Notes: a model not told the origin generated them from the sequence alone. Shown: positions 46,255-56,942, numbered from the stretch's first letter. The stretch is 64,000 bases of DNA from an uncultured virus (IMG/VR IMGVR_UViG_3300027820_000030) (IMGVR_UViG_3300027820_000030), one strand, 5' to 3'. Numbers and translations: made by a program.

Positions 46255-48045
46255 CTAGATTGAGGCGTTAACTGTTACTGACGCGCCGCCCGATACATTG
46301 TTAATTGTGGCTGCTGTGGTGTCGTAGAATCCAGATACAACAACATTACTTACCGGTGTCGCAGCGTCCACGCGAACAATATTTCCTGTTCCTACGTAGT
46401 GAATGCCGCTCATATAGATATCACCTACCGCACCGGTTGTTTCGATGTTCATTAGCGGCTTAGATGTGCTGTCAGACATAATATTCATGAAATGGAAGTT
46501 GTCATTGGTGCCCGCACTCTGATTATCTTCTATCTTAATGATAGAGTCCTGAATGTTGTCAGCCACAAAACCATTGACCCTGACATCCGTGCAAGAGTCA
46601 AGGATGATGCCGTAATAACCACCGTTACCACCTCTCGCGCCATTGCCGTTTGAGCAATTGAGCATTTTAACGTTAGTGCATAACTCCACCCTGAATCCAT
46701 CCTCATTGGGACCAGCAGCAGATGCGTTATGCTGGTCTGTCATGTGACAATTGGACACAACGACATCATTCCAGCCGCGAAGCTTTAAGCCGCACTGACC
46801 AGAAGATAAAACATTAATGTTACTCACTCGAAGAGTGTCAACGTTACCCAAAACATTACTTGCTGATAAATAAATAGCGTGTTCGCCTGAGTCCTCAACA
46901 ACAACGTTTCTAACGACCATGTTAGGGCCGCCGCTTGTGATTGCGTTTCTGCCAGGGTCGGGTGTTGCGTTTGAGTTGATGGCGCGAACCGTCATGCCGT
47001 CAATGGTTAGATTAGAGATTGCGCCATGCACTGACACGCCGGAGCCGTAACCGTCGATGATAATATTTCTAATATCCACATTCTCGACGCTGTTGTCGGG
47101 GTTTCCGTCCATGCACCAGAAGATATTCTTGAATGAGATACCGTCGTACTCATGGTTGTTGCCGTTAATTTTAAACGTGGTGTCACGAGTTTCACCGCTA
47201 CCGGCGGCGCTAGGCTGTTCGCTTTGTGCCTCAATAATAGTGCCGACCATCTTGATATTGTCGCCGCTCGTAGCGATAGCGCGATCAAAGTAGTTGGAGC
47301 CACGCCAGTACACGTAAAACCCGTTCATTTCAGTATCATCTTGAATCTGAATGCGCGTAGAATTTGAGGTGTCCGTCTCGCTAAACTCAAGACGCGAGCC
47401 GTTCCATTTTACGTATGTTGCAGCCTCGAAGATAATTTGCAGGTTACTACTAACCAATGACGAGCATAGATAGCGCTTGCCCTTCAGTAGGTTGCACGCC
47501 TTATCGCCGATGCGCGATGCCCAGTTAACAATGGCTTGGGTGTCATCGGTTGAGCCGTCGCCGACTGCACCAAACCATTCAGGCTTACAGAGATTGTCAA
47601 TAAACCTGATTTTGGCAACGTTGCGGTTATTGATGCGCACATCACCGGCAAGGATGGTCGTCGTGTCTGGCGTGATTAAGAAATAAGCATCGCCATAGTT
47701 GAGCACCTTAACAACGGTGTTGACCGGATAGGATGCCGACGAAAGCTCAGCGAACGTCTCTACCGTCACATTGTTATTAGTTATTAGCACATTGCTGATT
47801 GTGTGCTCAGTAATCAACCCCTCATTAATGACAATGTTGTACTCGCCTGAATCGATGTAAAACGCGTAATTACCCAGAGAATCAGAGTTTACAGGATTGT
47901 CAATGGCCGTTACTCCGTCATCAGAAAACAAAGCAGCCTTTTCGCCGGTGTAGGTTTTCCTGACTGTCACGGTTGCATTTACAAAGGCGATACCTGTAGC
48001 CAATGATTCACGCTGATTGAAAACAGAGCCTTCATACTTAATCAT
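46255..48045 (-). CDS. Tailspike 1 (beta-helix)
   Basis: PEWFGAVGDGSTDDTQAI motif, parallel beta-helix repeats. Confidence 0.85.
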   Translation of the reverse strand: MIKYEGSVFNQRESLATGIAFVNATVTVRKTYTGEKAALFSDDGVTAIDNPVNSDSLGNYAFYIDSGEYNIVINEGLITEHTISNVLITNNNVTVETFAELSSASYPVNTVVKVLNYGDAYFLITPDTTTILAGDVRINNRNVAKIRFIDNLCKPEWFGAVGDGSTDDTQAIVNWASRIGDKACNLLKGKRYLCSSLVSSNLQIIFEAATYVKWNGSRLEFSETDTSNSTRIQIQDDTEMNGFYVYWRGSNYFDRAIATSGDNIKMVGTIIEAQSEQPSAAGSGETRDTTFKINGNNHEYDGISFKNIFWCMDGNPDNSVENVDIRNIIIDGYGSGVSVHGAISNLTIDGMTVRAINSNATPDPGRNAITSGGPNMVVRNVVVEDSGEHAIYLSASNVLGNVDTLRVSNINVLSSGQCGLKLRGWNDVVVSNCHMTDQHNASAAGPNEDGFRVELCTNVKMLNCSNGNGARGGNGGYYGIILDSCTDVRVNGFVADNIQDSIIKIEDNQSAGTNDNFHFMNIMSDSTSKPLMNIETTGAVGDIYMSGIHYVGTGNIVRVDAATPVSNVVVSGFYDTTAATINNVSGGASVTVNASI

Positions 48046-48404
48046 AATGCGGGTCCACCATTACTGAACAATATTGATATTTCACAAGTTGCGGATACTG
48101 TATCGCCATTATCATCTGTTACGGTGCAAGTAACAACCCCGTCAACGTAATCATTGAAGCCCGACGCAGACACCTTGGTTATATTTGAGTTTGGCGATAA
48201 CACAGAAAGCCTAATTGTACTTGATGTCCATTCATAGGTGTAAGGCTCAAGCCCGCCACTGGCGTTCGCTGTGATATTGGGTGTTGTGTAACCGCCGTTG
48301 CTGGTTTCAGCGTTAAAAGTAGATGGTGTCACGTAAAGCGCCAAGCTAGGTGACACCGGAGGCGTGCTGTCTGTCGCCAAAGCAACTCTTGCTGCACCAA
48401 TCAT
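48042..48404 (-). CDS. Small Ig-like tail protein
   Basis: ASGGLEPYTYEW...CTVTDDNG. Confidence 0.6.
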   Translation of the reverse strand: MIGAARVALATDSTPPVSPSLALYVTPSTFNAETSNGGYTTPNITANASGGLEPYTYEWTSSTIRLSVLSPNSNITKVSASGFNDYVDGVVTCTVTDDNGDTVSATCEISILFSNGGPAL

Positions 48405-49594
48405 GGAATAGGACTCATATCGTTGCCAGCGTTGAACACATACCACGCTGAGCCGCCGAAGTTGGTAAAAACGATGATGTCTTGCTCGCTAGCTCCTGTT
48501 GATATTGTTGGTGCTGTGCCACCTGCGCCGTACAAGCCGCTAAAGTCGATTCCCCTACCGCCTGTGCCGTCCTGAGTGAATCGGACTGTAAACGTAAAGG
48601 ACTCGCCGCTTGTTACGTTAGCAAAGGCGATAGATGTCACTGACTCTGTTAACGTCTTAGACTGCACTGTGCCGCTTTGAGCGTCTAAAGTAAGTACGCC
48701 GGAATTAAGATTTGGTATGCCTGCCCGCTCATTGATTTTTTTTGTGCGGATAGATGTTTGTAGCGCCTGCAATTGGTTGCCGTTATCCATGTTGATAAAC
48801 AAGTCATCATCAGCAACACCTGTGCCACCTGCCACGACGCGGTACATTGTGTACGAAAGCCCGTCAGTAAACGCAGCATCCCCGCAACACAAAGCCTTGT
48901 CGCCAATTACTAAATCAGCCTTTTCCGCTTCTGTGATAGTGTCGTACACGTAAGGGTAAGCAGACGAACCGCCGTCAACCTGCGAGCTAAATGCATTCTG
49001 CCTTGCTCGAATTACCGTGCCTGCCGGATAGCTGCTGGTTAAGAAGATAGTACCACTTGCGCCGTCTGATACGCTGTAATCGATATCTTTAAACAATCCC
49101 TTGCTGTCAGTTAATGGCCCGTTAACGTCCAGCGTTGACATCGAAATGTCCACATCATCAAACGTTACCGTGGTCTGTCCGCTTGTTAATTCAATCAATT
49201 CTTCAATGATTGTGGTCGAGCCGATATCCTGCAAATTCGGATGACTGGTTTTAGGGCTGTAGTAAACCTGCTCTAGGCTCTTGTCAAGCACCTTCCAACT
49301 GAACTCACCGTCAACCGCTAACTGGGCAGGGCTTCCGTTATAAGATGCCACGCCGCCGAGACTAAGCTCAACAGGCTGCTCGATAGATACCGTTGTACCA
49401 TCTTCCTGAATTAGCTTTACACGTTTTTGATACGCTGGCACCTCTGGGTCTTGACCAGGAATGCCGAAATACATAAAGCCGTTAGAAACAGGTTTAGGCT
49501 TATCAAAGTAATGAACAGTGATGTACGGATTATCTACCCGCAATCCTGTTTCAGCTTCTGATAGCTCGTTATTGATTATCTGTGCGTTTGTCAT
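48401..49594 (-). CDS. Tail protein with P22-type head-binding domain (adapter)
   Basis: KPVSNG.MYFG.P.QDP....Q..V....EDG.TV.I.QP..L..GG...YNG. Confidence 0.8.
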   Translation of the reverse strand: MTNAQIINNELSEAETGLRVDNPYITVHYFDKPKPVSNGFMYFGIPGQDPEVPAYQKRVKLIQEDGTTVSIEQPVELSLGGVASYNGSPAQLAVDGEFSWKVLDKSLEQVYYSPKTSHPNLQDIGSTTIIEELIELTSGQTTVTFDDVDISMSTLDVNGPLTDSKGLFKDIDYSVSDGASGTIFLTSSYPAGTVIRARQNAFSSQVDGGSSAYPYVYDTITEAEKADLVIGDKALCCGDAAFTDGLSYTMYRVVAGGTGVADDDLFINMDNGNQLQALQTSIRTKKINERAGIPNLNSGVLTLDAQSGTVQSKTLTESVTSIAFANVTSGESFTFTVRFTQDGTGGRGIDFSGLYGAGGTAPTISTGASEQDIIVFTNFGGSAWYVFNAGNDMSPIP

Positions 49595-51122
49595 CTTCTG
49601 CCTCTATAGCTGGTGTTGCCATAACTCCTGCCGATGCAGAGTTGACGGCCTGATTGCGTACCTTTTGAGCGTAGTATATCGCATCTTTTACAAACTTGTC
49701 GCCAAACGGCGCATTGACTAATGACTCAGGCGTTACATTTGGATCGAGCAATAGCGCCGTCAAATCTCCAGAGTTGCGCTGTGACTTCGGTGTGTTTTTC
49801 AGGTAAGCCTTGATAATCTCTCTGCCATTACCGCCAGCCCTAACCAGTGCGTCAGCGTACTTGGCGTTTCCTTGCGTAATATTGCTTGCTGTGCGCTTTG
49901 CAATCTGCCCTATTAATGGCAGTGTTAAAGCGCCAATGCCAGCACCTGTCATACCGCCGAAAGCGGAGCCTATAGCAGCGCCACCACCAGCCCCGATAGA
50001 TGCTCCCATCATACTTGTTGCTTGATTCTCAGAAATTCCAAACTTACCTAAGAATTTAGCGATGTTGCCAGCCGTGGTGCCTTGGGCGACCTGCTTTAAT
50101 GCCGCAAGTTCATCTGCGGTAAACCCTCGACTTTTCTTTTTACTGCCGAGTATCTTTCTTGCCTCCACCCTAAGTCCGTTTTCAAATCCACTGGCTGCGT
50201 TACTGGCTCGCTCAATCATGTCTGATATTTGACCTGACTTCTTGGCTCTTGACCAAAGTTGTCTGGCTCCCTTGTATTGGCCGCCTATTGTCTCTGATAG
50301 CGAGTCAAGGCCATTATCAAGCTCGTTTATAATGATTGTGCCCATGCGACTTTCGGCAGGATCAATGCTGTCTGCCGCTGCTTTGGCGACACGTCGAAGC
50401 GTCTCAAGGTCGGTCAGTCTTTTCTCTGAACCCATTTCCTCGCGGAGCCTACGCATCACTGCTGTTGACTTAGGGTGCAGGTCAGCGTCAATACCTTGCT
50501 TCGCTACCTTTTCAGATATTCTATTGACAAATGAGTCGTATACAGAGGGTTTGACTCTAACCCCTAAGTTGTCAAGCTCTGTGTATATATCTGTGGCTCT
50601 TTTTTCTATTTGCTGGATAGTTGGAGCAATGGCAGTAATGCCACCTTTCGGAGCGTCAGGCATATCCACTTTTAAGCCTTTGGTTTTTACGCCAAGGTAT
50701 TCCAATGCGGCAGCGGGTATAGCAGATGCTCCAGCGGCTAATGCTGGGCTTCCCGTCACATTAAACACGGCATCGCCAAGCGCTTTTTCTGCGCCCTCTA
50801 TAAACTCACCTACCGGCTGCAACACCTCGCCTACTGCCTGTGTGTATTCTTGTCCTGTACGTGTTTTTGGTTGGTAAGTTAGAGCCTCTCTTGTGCCTTC
50901 AACCCATTCTGTGCCCTGTCCTTCTTCACCTGGAAGTACTGCTCCAGCGATACCGGCCAAGCCAGCGACAGGCTCTGCGACGGCAGATGATGCGGCAGTT
51001 AGCGCAGTTTCAGCTACACCTAAAGCTTTATCGGTCACGGTTGCCCTTGGTGGCACAATCTCAAACCCAGCGGGTAGTGATTGCTTTTTAACCACCTCGA
51101 AACCTTCTGGCAACTTAGCCAT
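49569..51122 (-). CDS. DNA ejection protein (gp16 position)
   Basis: Ala/Gly-rich and helical, LPEGFE repeat, P22 order. Confidence 0.7.
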   Translation of the reverse strand: MAKLPEGFEVVKKQSLPAGFEIVPPRATVTDKALGVAETALTAASSAVAEPVAGLAGIAGAVLPGEEGQGTEWVEGTREALTYQPKTRTGQEYTQAVGEVLQPVGEFIEGAEKALGDAVFNVTGSPALAAGASAIPAAALEYLGVKTKGLKVDMPDAPKGGITAIAPTIQQIEKRATDIYTELDNLGVRVKPSVYDSFVNRISEKVAKQGIDADLHPKSTAVMRRLREEMGSEKRLTDLETLRRVAKAAADSIDPAESRMGTIIINELDNGLDSLSETIGGQYKGARQLWSRAKKSGQISDMIERASNAASGFENGLRVEARKILGSKKKSRGFTADELAALKQVAQGTTAGNIAKFLGKFGISENQATSMMGASIGAGGGAAIGSAFGGMTGAGIGALTLPLIGQIAKRTASNITQGNAKYADALVRAGGNGREIIKAYLKNTPKSQRNSGDLTALLLDPNVTPESLVNAPFGDKFVKDAIYYAQKVRNQAVNSASAGVMATPAIEAEDDKRTDNQ

Positions 51123-52374
51123 TATTAGCCTCCCATTTCCCGTTGCGCATAATCATTTCCTCGCCGGTGGAAGGATTGCGAATAACTGTGCCTTCAGGGT
51201 AAGTGTTGCTTTCTTGTTGCGCCTCTGGCGTTACTTCTGAGTCAAAATCAAACTCAAACTCCATTGCATTTTTAAGCTCTGACGCTGTGGTATAGTCTTC
51301 GCGCTCAACTGCCCGCTTGATAGCTTTCTTCGCTGAGCGTTCAGCAATTTGCAAAGCCTGATTAAGTAGCCGCCTGTTCGATTCTGGACTTCTTCCGAAA
51401 TTAGCTCTGATTTTCTCAAGCCTTGCGCCTTCGCGCTCAGTAAATGCAGCACCAAACGTTGCTCGAAGGTCGCCAAGTATTGCCTGGCCCAAGTTAGCGG
51501 AAAGCTCGCCCTCGTCAGCGCCCTCAACGCCAAACAACTGCCTTGCGGCAAGTGCGGCTCTGTCAATACCGCCCGTCTCTACTACTTTCAGCAGTTCAAT
51601 TGACCGTTTAAGTGTCGGAATTCCTTTGGCTGCGTCAAGACCTTCATCGATAACGACTTGCGCGGTCTCTGCTCTGCCTTTACCTTCCGTTTCAGCCTGC
51701 TTTAATTCAGACTTAACTGACGCCACATCCTCAACATTGCCCCTTTCTGCAATAGTGGACTCAGCAGAGGCTACCGCTCTCGGGTCAAGGCCGAGGGCAA
51801 TTCTCGCTGACTTCGCCACAACCGGGTCGTCCGACTGGGTATCTTGTAGCAATCTTTGTCTTTCGATTACGCTATTTGGGTCTTTTGCACTGCCGCCACC
51901 AAACATCTGCTTATAAGCATCAAGTCCGTAAGTTTCGATGATGCCGAAATCAACAGCCATATCGTTACCGCTTTCGATGGCTTGGTAATCCTCGCTATCA
52001 AAGTCAATTAGCGGGTTTTGTTCGGCTGCTAACGTCAATTGCTTGCGCGTCTCAGGATCGGCCTGCTTGTATTGAACAAGAAATTGGCCTGTCGCTTGTT
52101 TGATGGCGTTAGACCTCTCTGCGCCATGTGTGGCTGCAATTTGGTCATAGCGCTGCGTGATGCCTTGGGCGATACCTGGGGCGTACCCGTACAACTCAGC
52201 AATAGCGTCAGTGTTACCTTGAGCGGCTAGCGGCGCAAGCTCTTGTATTTTACGCTGCGACTCCATCTGCATTTTATTCTGCTCGATGGCTTGTGCGTTT
52301 GATTGGGTTTGCTGTGCAATGGCGGTTGGATTCAATCCACCTAAGCCTAATGCTTGTGCATAGTTTACCGCCAT
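51115..52374 (-). CDS. DNA ejection protein (gp20 position)
   Basis: Helical, GAAFTEREG motif, P22 order. Confidence 0.7.
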   Translation of the reverse strand: MAVNYAQALGLGGLNPTAIAQQTQSNAQAIEQNKMQMESQRKIQELAPLAAQGNTDAIAELYGYAPGIAQGITQRYDQIAATHGAERSNAIKQATGQFLVQYKQADPETRKQLTLAAEQNPLIDFDSEDYQAIESGNDMAVDFGIIETYGLDAYKQMFGGGSAKDPNSVIERQRLLQDTQSDDPVVAKSARIALGLDPRAVASAESTIAERGNVEDVASVKSELKQAETEGKGRAETAQVVIDEGLDAAKGIPTLKRSIELLKVVETGGIDRAALAARQLFGVEGADEGELSANLGQAILGDLRATFGAAFTEREGARLEKIRANFGRSPESNRRLLNQALQIAERSAKKAIKRAVEREDYTTASELKNAMEFEFDFDSEVTPEAQQESNTYPEGTVIRNPSTGEEMIMRNGKWEANNG

Positions 52375-52375
52375 G

Positions 52376-52981
52376 TTACCCCCACTGATTATTGATTAGG
52401 CCTGTTAGCTGGCCCATGGTGCTACCAAAAATATTTGCTTGCGTCAGTGCGTTCTGCGCTGAAATATCGCCGATATTTGATTGCTGCTGTGCGATACCTG
52501 AACCCAGCGCCTGGGCTTGCGATGCGCCCTGAGCGGCTGCGCCCACGCCCCAGTTGCCAAGCCCTGTTAAAATATTCTGTTGACTGTTTAGGTAGTTGGC
52601 GCCTAATTGCGGGGCGATGGTGGCTAGTGCTGCCTGAGTTGAGCCAGAGCGTAAATTGCCGGTGGCTGCCGCATTACGTAACGCCGCCTCTTCCGCTTGC
52701 GCCTGATAGCCTTGAAACTCTTGGCTATTGTAGTAATCGGTCAGCATATTTGCACGATTGTCAGCGCCAAGCATACCCTGAAGACCGGTGATAGCGTCAT
52801 AACCAGCCTCACGATATGGCTGTTGAAGTTGTAGCGCCTGATTAAACATGCGCTCTTGAGATTCGATACCAGCCAATTGCGCCTGAGTCTGAGCCTTGGC
52901 CGCTTTGCCTGCTTGATTGCTTGAGTAAAGGCCGCTAACTAAAGAGCCGCCCAAACTTGCGATTGTGCTTAAAATACCCAT
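52376..52981 (-). CDS. DNA ejection protein (gp7-like)
   Basis: QQPY..AG..A, LRNAAATGNLRSG.T..AL..IAPQL. Confidence 0.8.
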   Translation of the reverse strand: MGILSTIASLGGSLVSGLYSSNQAGKAAKAQTQAQLAGIESQERMFNQALQLQQPYREAGYDAITGLQGMLGADNRANMLTDYYNSQEFQGYQAQAEEAALRNAAATGNLRSGSTQAALATIAPQLGANYLNSQQNILTGLGNWGVGAAAQGASQAQALGSGIAQQQSNIGDISAQNALTQANIFGSTMGQLTGLINNQWG

Positions 52982-53253
52982 TATAGAGCCACCCATCCGG
53001 TTGTTGCGCCAACTGTACTGTTATAATACTCTGTTGGCCCTGTTGTATCAATGTACTTAAGACTGTAGTTAGCAGCGACTGCGCCCTCTGGCGAACCCGC
53101 GCCGATAAGTGGTGAGAATTGACCGCTATTTGCAGCATCTATGAGATCGCGAACATCGTTTTTCATATACAGGTAATCTCGTGCGCGGTCTTCATTTGTT
53201 GCTGTAGCAATAGCCTCAAGCGTTAGTAGAAATTGCAATGATTCAGGAAGCAT
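52981..53253 (-). CDS. Small tail protein (gp26 position)
   Basis: GAGSPEGAVAA....YID...TGW motif. Confidence 0.6.
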   Translation of the reverse strand: MLPESLQFLLTLEAIATATNEDRARDYLYMKNDVRDLIDAANSGQFSPLIGAGSPEGAVAANYSLKYIDTTGPTEYYNSTVGATTGWVAL

Positions 53254-54628
53254 CAACAATCATCCCAGAGAAAGACATTCTATCTTTAGTGATAAAGCGA
53301 AAACGGAAGGCGACATTGTGCCGGACGTAGCCGAGCCTGTAAGCCTTGTATCGCTTGTCGTAATCACCAAAGACGCCTATTTTGTTCCAATGCTCTTGCC
53401 CCCACGTCACAGCGTCAAAACTTTGACTGAATGCGCATTGAAAGTCGTCACTGCCGAATCCAGGCACTGTGGAAAGCTCGATTGAGTTGATGCTTAACGA
53501 CTCTGCCGGTACAAATGGTGTGTAGAACAGCGCCTCTTGCTCTTCGTCGTACTGGCTGAACACATCGTCGTCAAGCAGCGCAATCTTGCTGTCCTGAATA
53601 TCTCCGTACACCCATTTATTGATACGCGGGTCCAATATACCAAACTTACCACGCCACACTTCATTTTCACCGCTCTTGACGTAGGACCATGCATTCTCAG
53701 CGCCGTACTTCTTCGCTATGGTGTGATTGAATAAAAGAGTGTGCCTTGGCAGGTGGACGTACATAAAGCTAATGCCGTTAGCTGTGCGGGCCTCCATGTA
53801 CGCCGATGCAATCTCTGACTCCGAATAGGTGTCGAGTATTTTATTCACCTCTTTTGAGGCGATGCTGCCGCCGCCGAGTTGGTGAATGCTTATGCTTTCT
53901 TCGCGGCGATTGCCGATAATAAAGATGTCGTTGCCGATGCGTGTTTTGCAGTGCGTTCCAACAATGCCAATCTGTATCGACTGCCCTTGGATAGGTGCTA
54001 ATACGCTCGTGCCGGTCGCTGCATTCGCGTTGAAATAGAAAAACTCTGTAGAGTAACGATTGAACGCAATAATCTGGTTTGAGTCAGTGCGAAGAAGTCC
54101 TTTGATTGGGTCGGCTGCAAACTCGCTCGATGAGTACTTGAGCGGGTCAATCGTGTATTCATTATTTATGTTGGTGTGAAACAGTGACTCACCATCCGTC
54201 ATCACATAGATGCCTTTAAACCACGTGATGTCGATTGGAAGACCTAAATCGGGGTCGGATATAGGTGTCAACGTATTGTCGTCATAAAGAAACAGATTGC
54301 CGTCTGAAAGTACAGCTTGCGTATTAAAGCTGTTGGCAAACGAACAAATGGCAGAACCACCGATAAAACCAATTCGGCTAACCGTGCCATCTGTCAGTAC
54401 GCGCTGTAGATAGTCACCGGATACGCGGAAATGCTTATTAAACCGTTCATTAAAGTAAGCACCGCGTGCTGGGCCTAGCGTCTCGCCCCACTCAACCAGT
54501 CCAGGGTGAGTAGTAATGTAGCCGTCGTCACTCTCTGTGCTATCGTCAACCAAAAACATATTCACCGGCAGATTGGACCGGTAATCACCATTCGATTTTC
54601 TTGTGCCTTTCGCTAACGGTAGTCGCAT
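53243..54628 (-). CDS. P22 gp10-like packaged-DNA stabilization (tail hub) protein
   Basis: LP..KG...DY..NLPVN, STEFF, YVHLPRHTL, RLG.VR.NV.FRFR. Confidence 0.88.
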   Translation of the reverse strand: MRLPLAKGTRKSNGDYRSNLPVNMFLVDDSTESDDGYITTHPGLVEWGETLGPARGAYFNERFNKHFRVSGDYLQRVLTDGTVSRIGFIGGSAICSFANSFNTQAVLSDGNLFLYDDNTLTPISDPDLGLPIDITWFKGIYVMTDGESLFHTNINNEYTIDPLKYSSSEFAADPIKGLLRTDSNQIIAFNRYSTEFFYFNANAATGTSVLAPIQGQSIQIGIVGTHCKTRIGNDIFIIGNRREESISIHQLGGGSIASKEVNKILDTYSESEIASAYMEARTANGISFMYVHLPRHTLLFNHTIAKKYGAENAWSYVKSGENEVWRGKFGILDPRINKWVYGDIQDSKIALLDDDVFSQYDEEQEALFYTPFVPAESLSINSIELSTVPGFGSDDFQCAFSQSFDAVTWGQEHWNKIGVFGDYDKRYKAYRLGYVRHNVAFRFRFITKDRMSFSGMIVDAS

Positions 54629-56085
54629 TAGACCTCCGTGACTATCATAAACGACTCAGCACCCATCGTGACATTGCGTGCCGCCGTGAGATTTTCAACC
54701 TCTAGGCGAATTCGGTCATTCTTTTTAAGCGACGACGAGAAGTTGATAGAGTACGTGGCAAAATCATTAGGGCCAGCTAAGTTGGCAATCTCTAGCCCAA
54801 TATGGTTTATCACCTCTGGGAAAGTTGAGCCGCCATCAGTCGAGCGGGTAACTTGAATATCAACTGAGTCGCCAGCGTTACCTTTAATCTGGATGGTGCC
54901 TGAAATATCGTAAAGGCCGTTACCAGTTAAAAGTCTGATTTGCCCATTGACCGGCGCATCAAACTGCACTGAGTCAGATACAGTCATCGTACCAGCTAAC
55001 GGGTAGTACGTAGATGCCGATGCGATATTCGTTACAACCTCCGCTGTACACACAGTTTTGATGTACTTTTGTGTATTGGGTAGGCCGGTGTTATTTCCCC
55101 AATTTGACTTTACTGAAGTATGGTCAATGTTTGGGTATAACGTGGTGTCGGACGCATCCAGAACGCCTTGTCGCTGCACGTATGCGCCATCAAGAATTAA
55201 TGATTCATCATTAGTTACATTGCTAGGAGAAAAGTCTATCAGTGCGCCTGTAGCGGGCATGTTGCAGTTTATATCTGTGATAAATCTACCGCCATACACA
55301 AAGCCGGTTCCAGCCTTAAACAGGGATGTGAAGCTGCTCATGTTGAAAGCAATGCTGGTAGAGATGCGATAGCCGCCACCCCATGAGCCAGAAAGCGTTA
55401 ATTCAGGTGTGCCGCCCAGCCTGCCGGTGCCCACTTCCAAGCCTTGACGATAACCGTTAATCTCGCCTAATGATGTACAGTCAATATAGTTGACCGCGTT
55501 AAACTCAAACGCGTTGAACCCGTTAGCGTCAGTTAAATCGTAAACCTGCGAATTTGCACCGCTTGTGGTGATGTAGTATTGAGTGCCAAAAATAGTGCCC
55601 GAGCCACCCACTGGTGAAGTGAACATGGTGTAGTTGTCATCACTGCAAACAATACCAGAAACACCAAGACCCAAGCCGCGCATATTCATGCCGCCATCGG
55701 GAATTTCAATGCTGATTCCTGTGCCGGTTAAGTCAATAATTCCATCAATCACATACATTTTCGTCGGGTCGATTGTGGTGTTCAGGTCAGACGGAGACTG
55801 GATAATAACCTCGTTAGCATAGAGCGAGTTTTTGCTTGATGATGAGTTTTGGCTTTCCATCAATACAGAAGATTTACCGGTTATCTCATCAACAGATAAA
55901 ACAAGCGTCCCGTCGCCGCAAATGCATTCTACAATGGGCGCGGTGCTATTTTTAAGATTAAACTTATCGACATGAAAGTATCCATCCGCTTTTACTGCTG
56001 ACTTGCTATCTAGCGTTTTGTAGCGGAACACCTCATAAATTGACTGAACTGACAGGCGATCAAGGTTTAGCGATTGAAATGCCAC
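54628..56085 (-). CDS. Structural protein with the shared MAF..LN..YxTxD..V..GYF anchor domain
   Basis: N-terminus resembles 21919-23379 and 13892-15487. Confidence 0.65.
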   Translation of the reverse strand: MAFQSLNLDRLSVQSIYEVFRYKTLDSKSAVKADGYFHVDKFNLKNSTAPIVECICGDGTLVLSVDEITGKSSVLMESQNSSSSKNSLYANEVIIQSPSDLNTTIDPTKMYVIDGIIDLTGTGISIEIPDGGMNMRGLGLGVSGIVCSDDNYTMFTSPVGGSGTIFGTQYYITTSGANSQVYDLTDANGFNAFEFNAVNYIDCTSLGEINGYRQGLEVGTGRLGGTPELTLSGSWGGGYRISTSIAFNMSSFTSLFKAGTGFVYGGRFITDINCNMPATGALIDFSPSNVTNDESLILDGAYVQRQGVLDASDTTLYPNIDHTSVKSNWGNNTGLPNTQKYIKTVCTAEVVTNIASASTYYPLAGTMTVSDSVQFDAPVNGQIRLLTGNGLYDISGTIQIKGNAGDSVDIQVTRSTDGGSTFPEVINHIGLEIANLAGPNDFATYSINFSSSLKKNDRIRLEVENLTAARNVTMGAESFMIVTEV

Positions 56086-56086
56086 G

Positions 56087-56770
56087 TTAACACCTCTCTA
56101 CATAGTAGTAGTAAACATTGGTTTTTGTGTATCCTGCCGAGTCAGTGGCTTTTATGCAAAGCTTGTGCTGGCCCAACTTGTTAAACGTAGCAACTACCGA
56201 CGACGTGCTATCTGTCATAGTTTCGCCTGACAGGGTGAATTCAGCATCATAGGTAACACTTGCCAGTGTTCGACCTTCAAGCCAATTCGACCAATCAACA
56301 CTGATAGGCATAACCTGCTCAAACGTAACGCGCTGCGCATCACCGCGAACGGGCGTGTTGTAGAAATGATTATCCAATACGGGCCATTCTGTACCGCTAC
56401 CCATAGGCAGGGTTTCAGGATATTGAGACGGTGCGACTTCTACAGTCATGCGCTCTAACGACCTTTCTCCCTCTGCCGCTAATTGCAGTAGTGACGGGTC
56501 GCCTTGCTTACCGTAAAGCACAGCCAAAGACTTAGCGACAATCTTTTTCACCGGCCCTGCAAAATTAGCCGTTAACCCTGAGTCGTCAGACGCTAGGCTT
56601 TGTCCGTATGATTCAGGCTGGTAATAACCAACATCTAAATCAAGCTCGCCCATGCAATCATCAAGGATTTGCAAGCTGATAGAAATCTCATCACCTGTCG
56701 GGGTGACTGTTATGCCGCTAATGCGTATCCATGCCAAAGCACCGTTGACAATATCACCCTTGGTTATCAT
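56087..56770 (-). CDS. P22 gp4-like head-completion protein with C-terminal extension
   Basis: TKGDIV..AL, DDSGL, YP..LPMGSG. Confidence 0.85.
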   Translation of the reverse strand: MITKGDIVNGALAWIRISGITVTPTGDEISISLQILDDCMGELDLDVGYYQPESYGQSLASDDSGLTANFAGPVKKIVAKSLAVLYGKQGDPSLLQLAAEGERSLERMTVEVAPSQYPETLPMGSGTEWPVLDNHFYNTPVRGDAQRVTFEQVMPISVDWSNWLEGRTLASVTYDAEFTLSGETMTDSTSSVVATFNKLGQHKLCIKATDSAGYTKTNVYYYYVERC

Positions 56771-56930
56771 CTGTTTTCGCCTTACGTGGTGCGCGTTTTG
56801 GCTTTGAGTCTTTCGCGCTTTCTGCGGTAGTGGTGAAGCCTAGCGCGATGAATGATTCCAACTGAGCAGGCTTGATGACAGCCTGTAGAAGTTCGTCATC
56901 GTGCTTAATAAATACGGTTTGATGTGACAT
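56754..56930 (-). CDS. Small post-coat protein
   Basis: GGAG RBS, basic tail. Confidence 0.55.
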   Translation of the reverse strand: MSHQTVFIKHDDELLQAVIKPAQLESFIALGFTTTAESAKDSKPKRAPRKAKTDDNQG

Positions 56931-56942
56931 TTTACGCTCCAA

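Noticed and set aside
3354..48045. Diversity-generating retroelement or invertible tail-fibre system
   Set aside because: No reverse transcriptase, invertase, TR/VR pair or inverted crossover sites noticed
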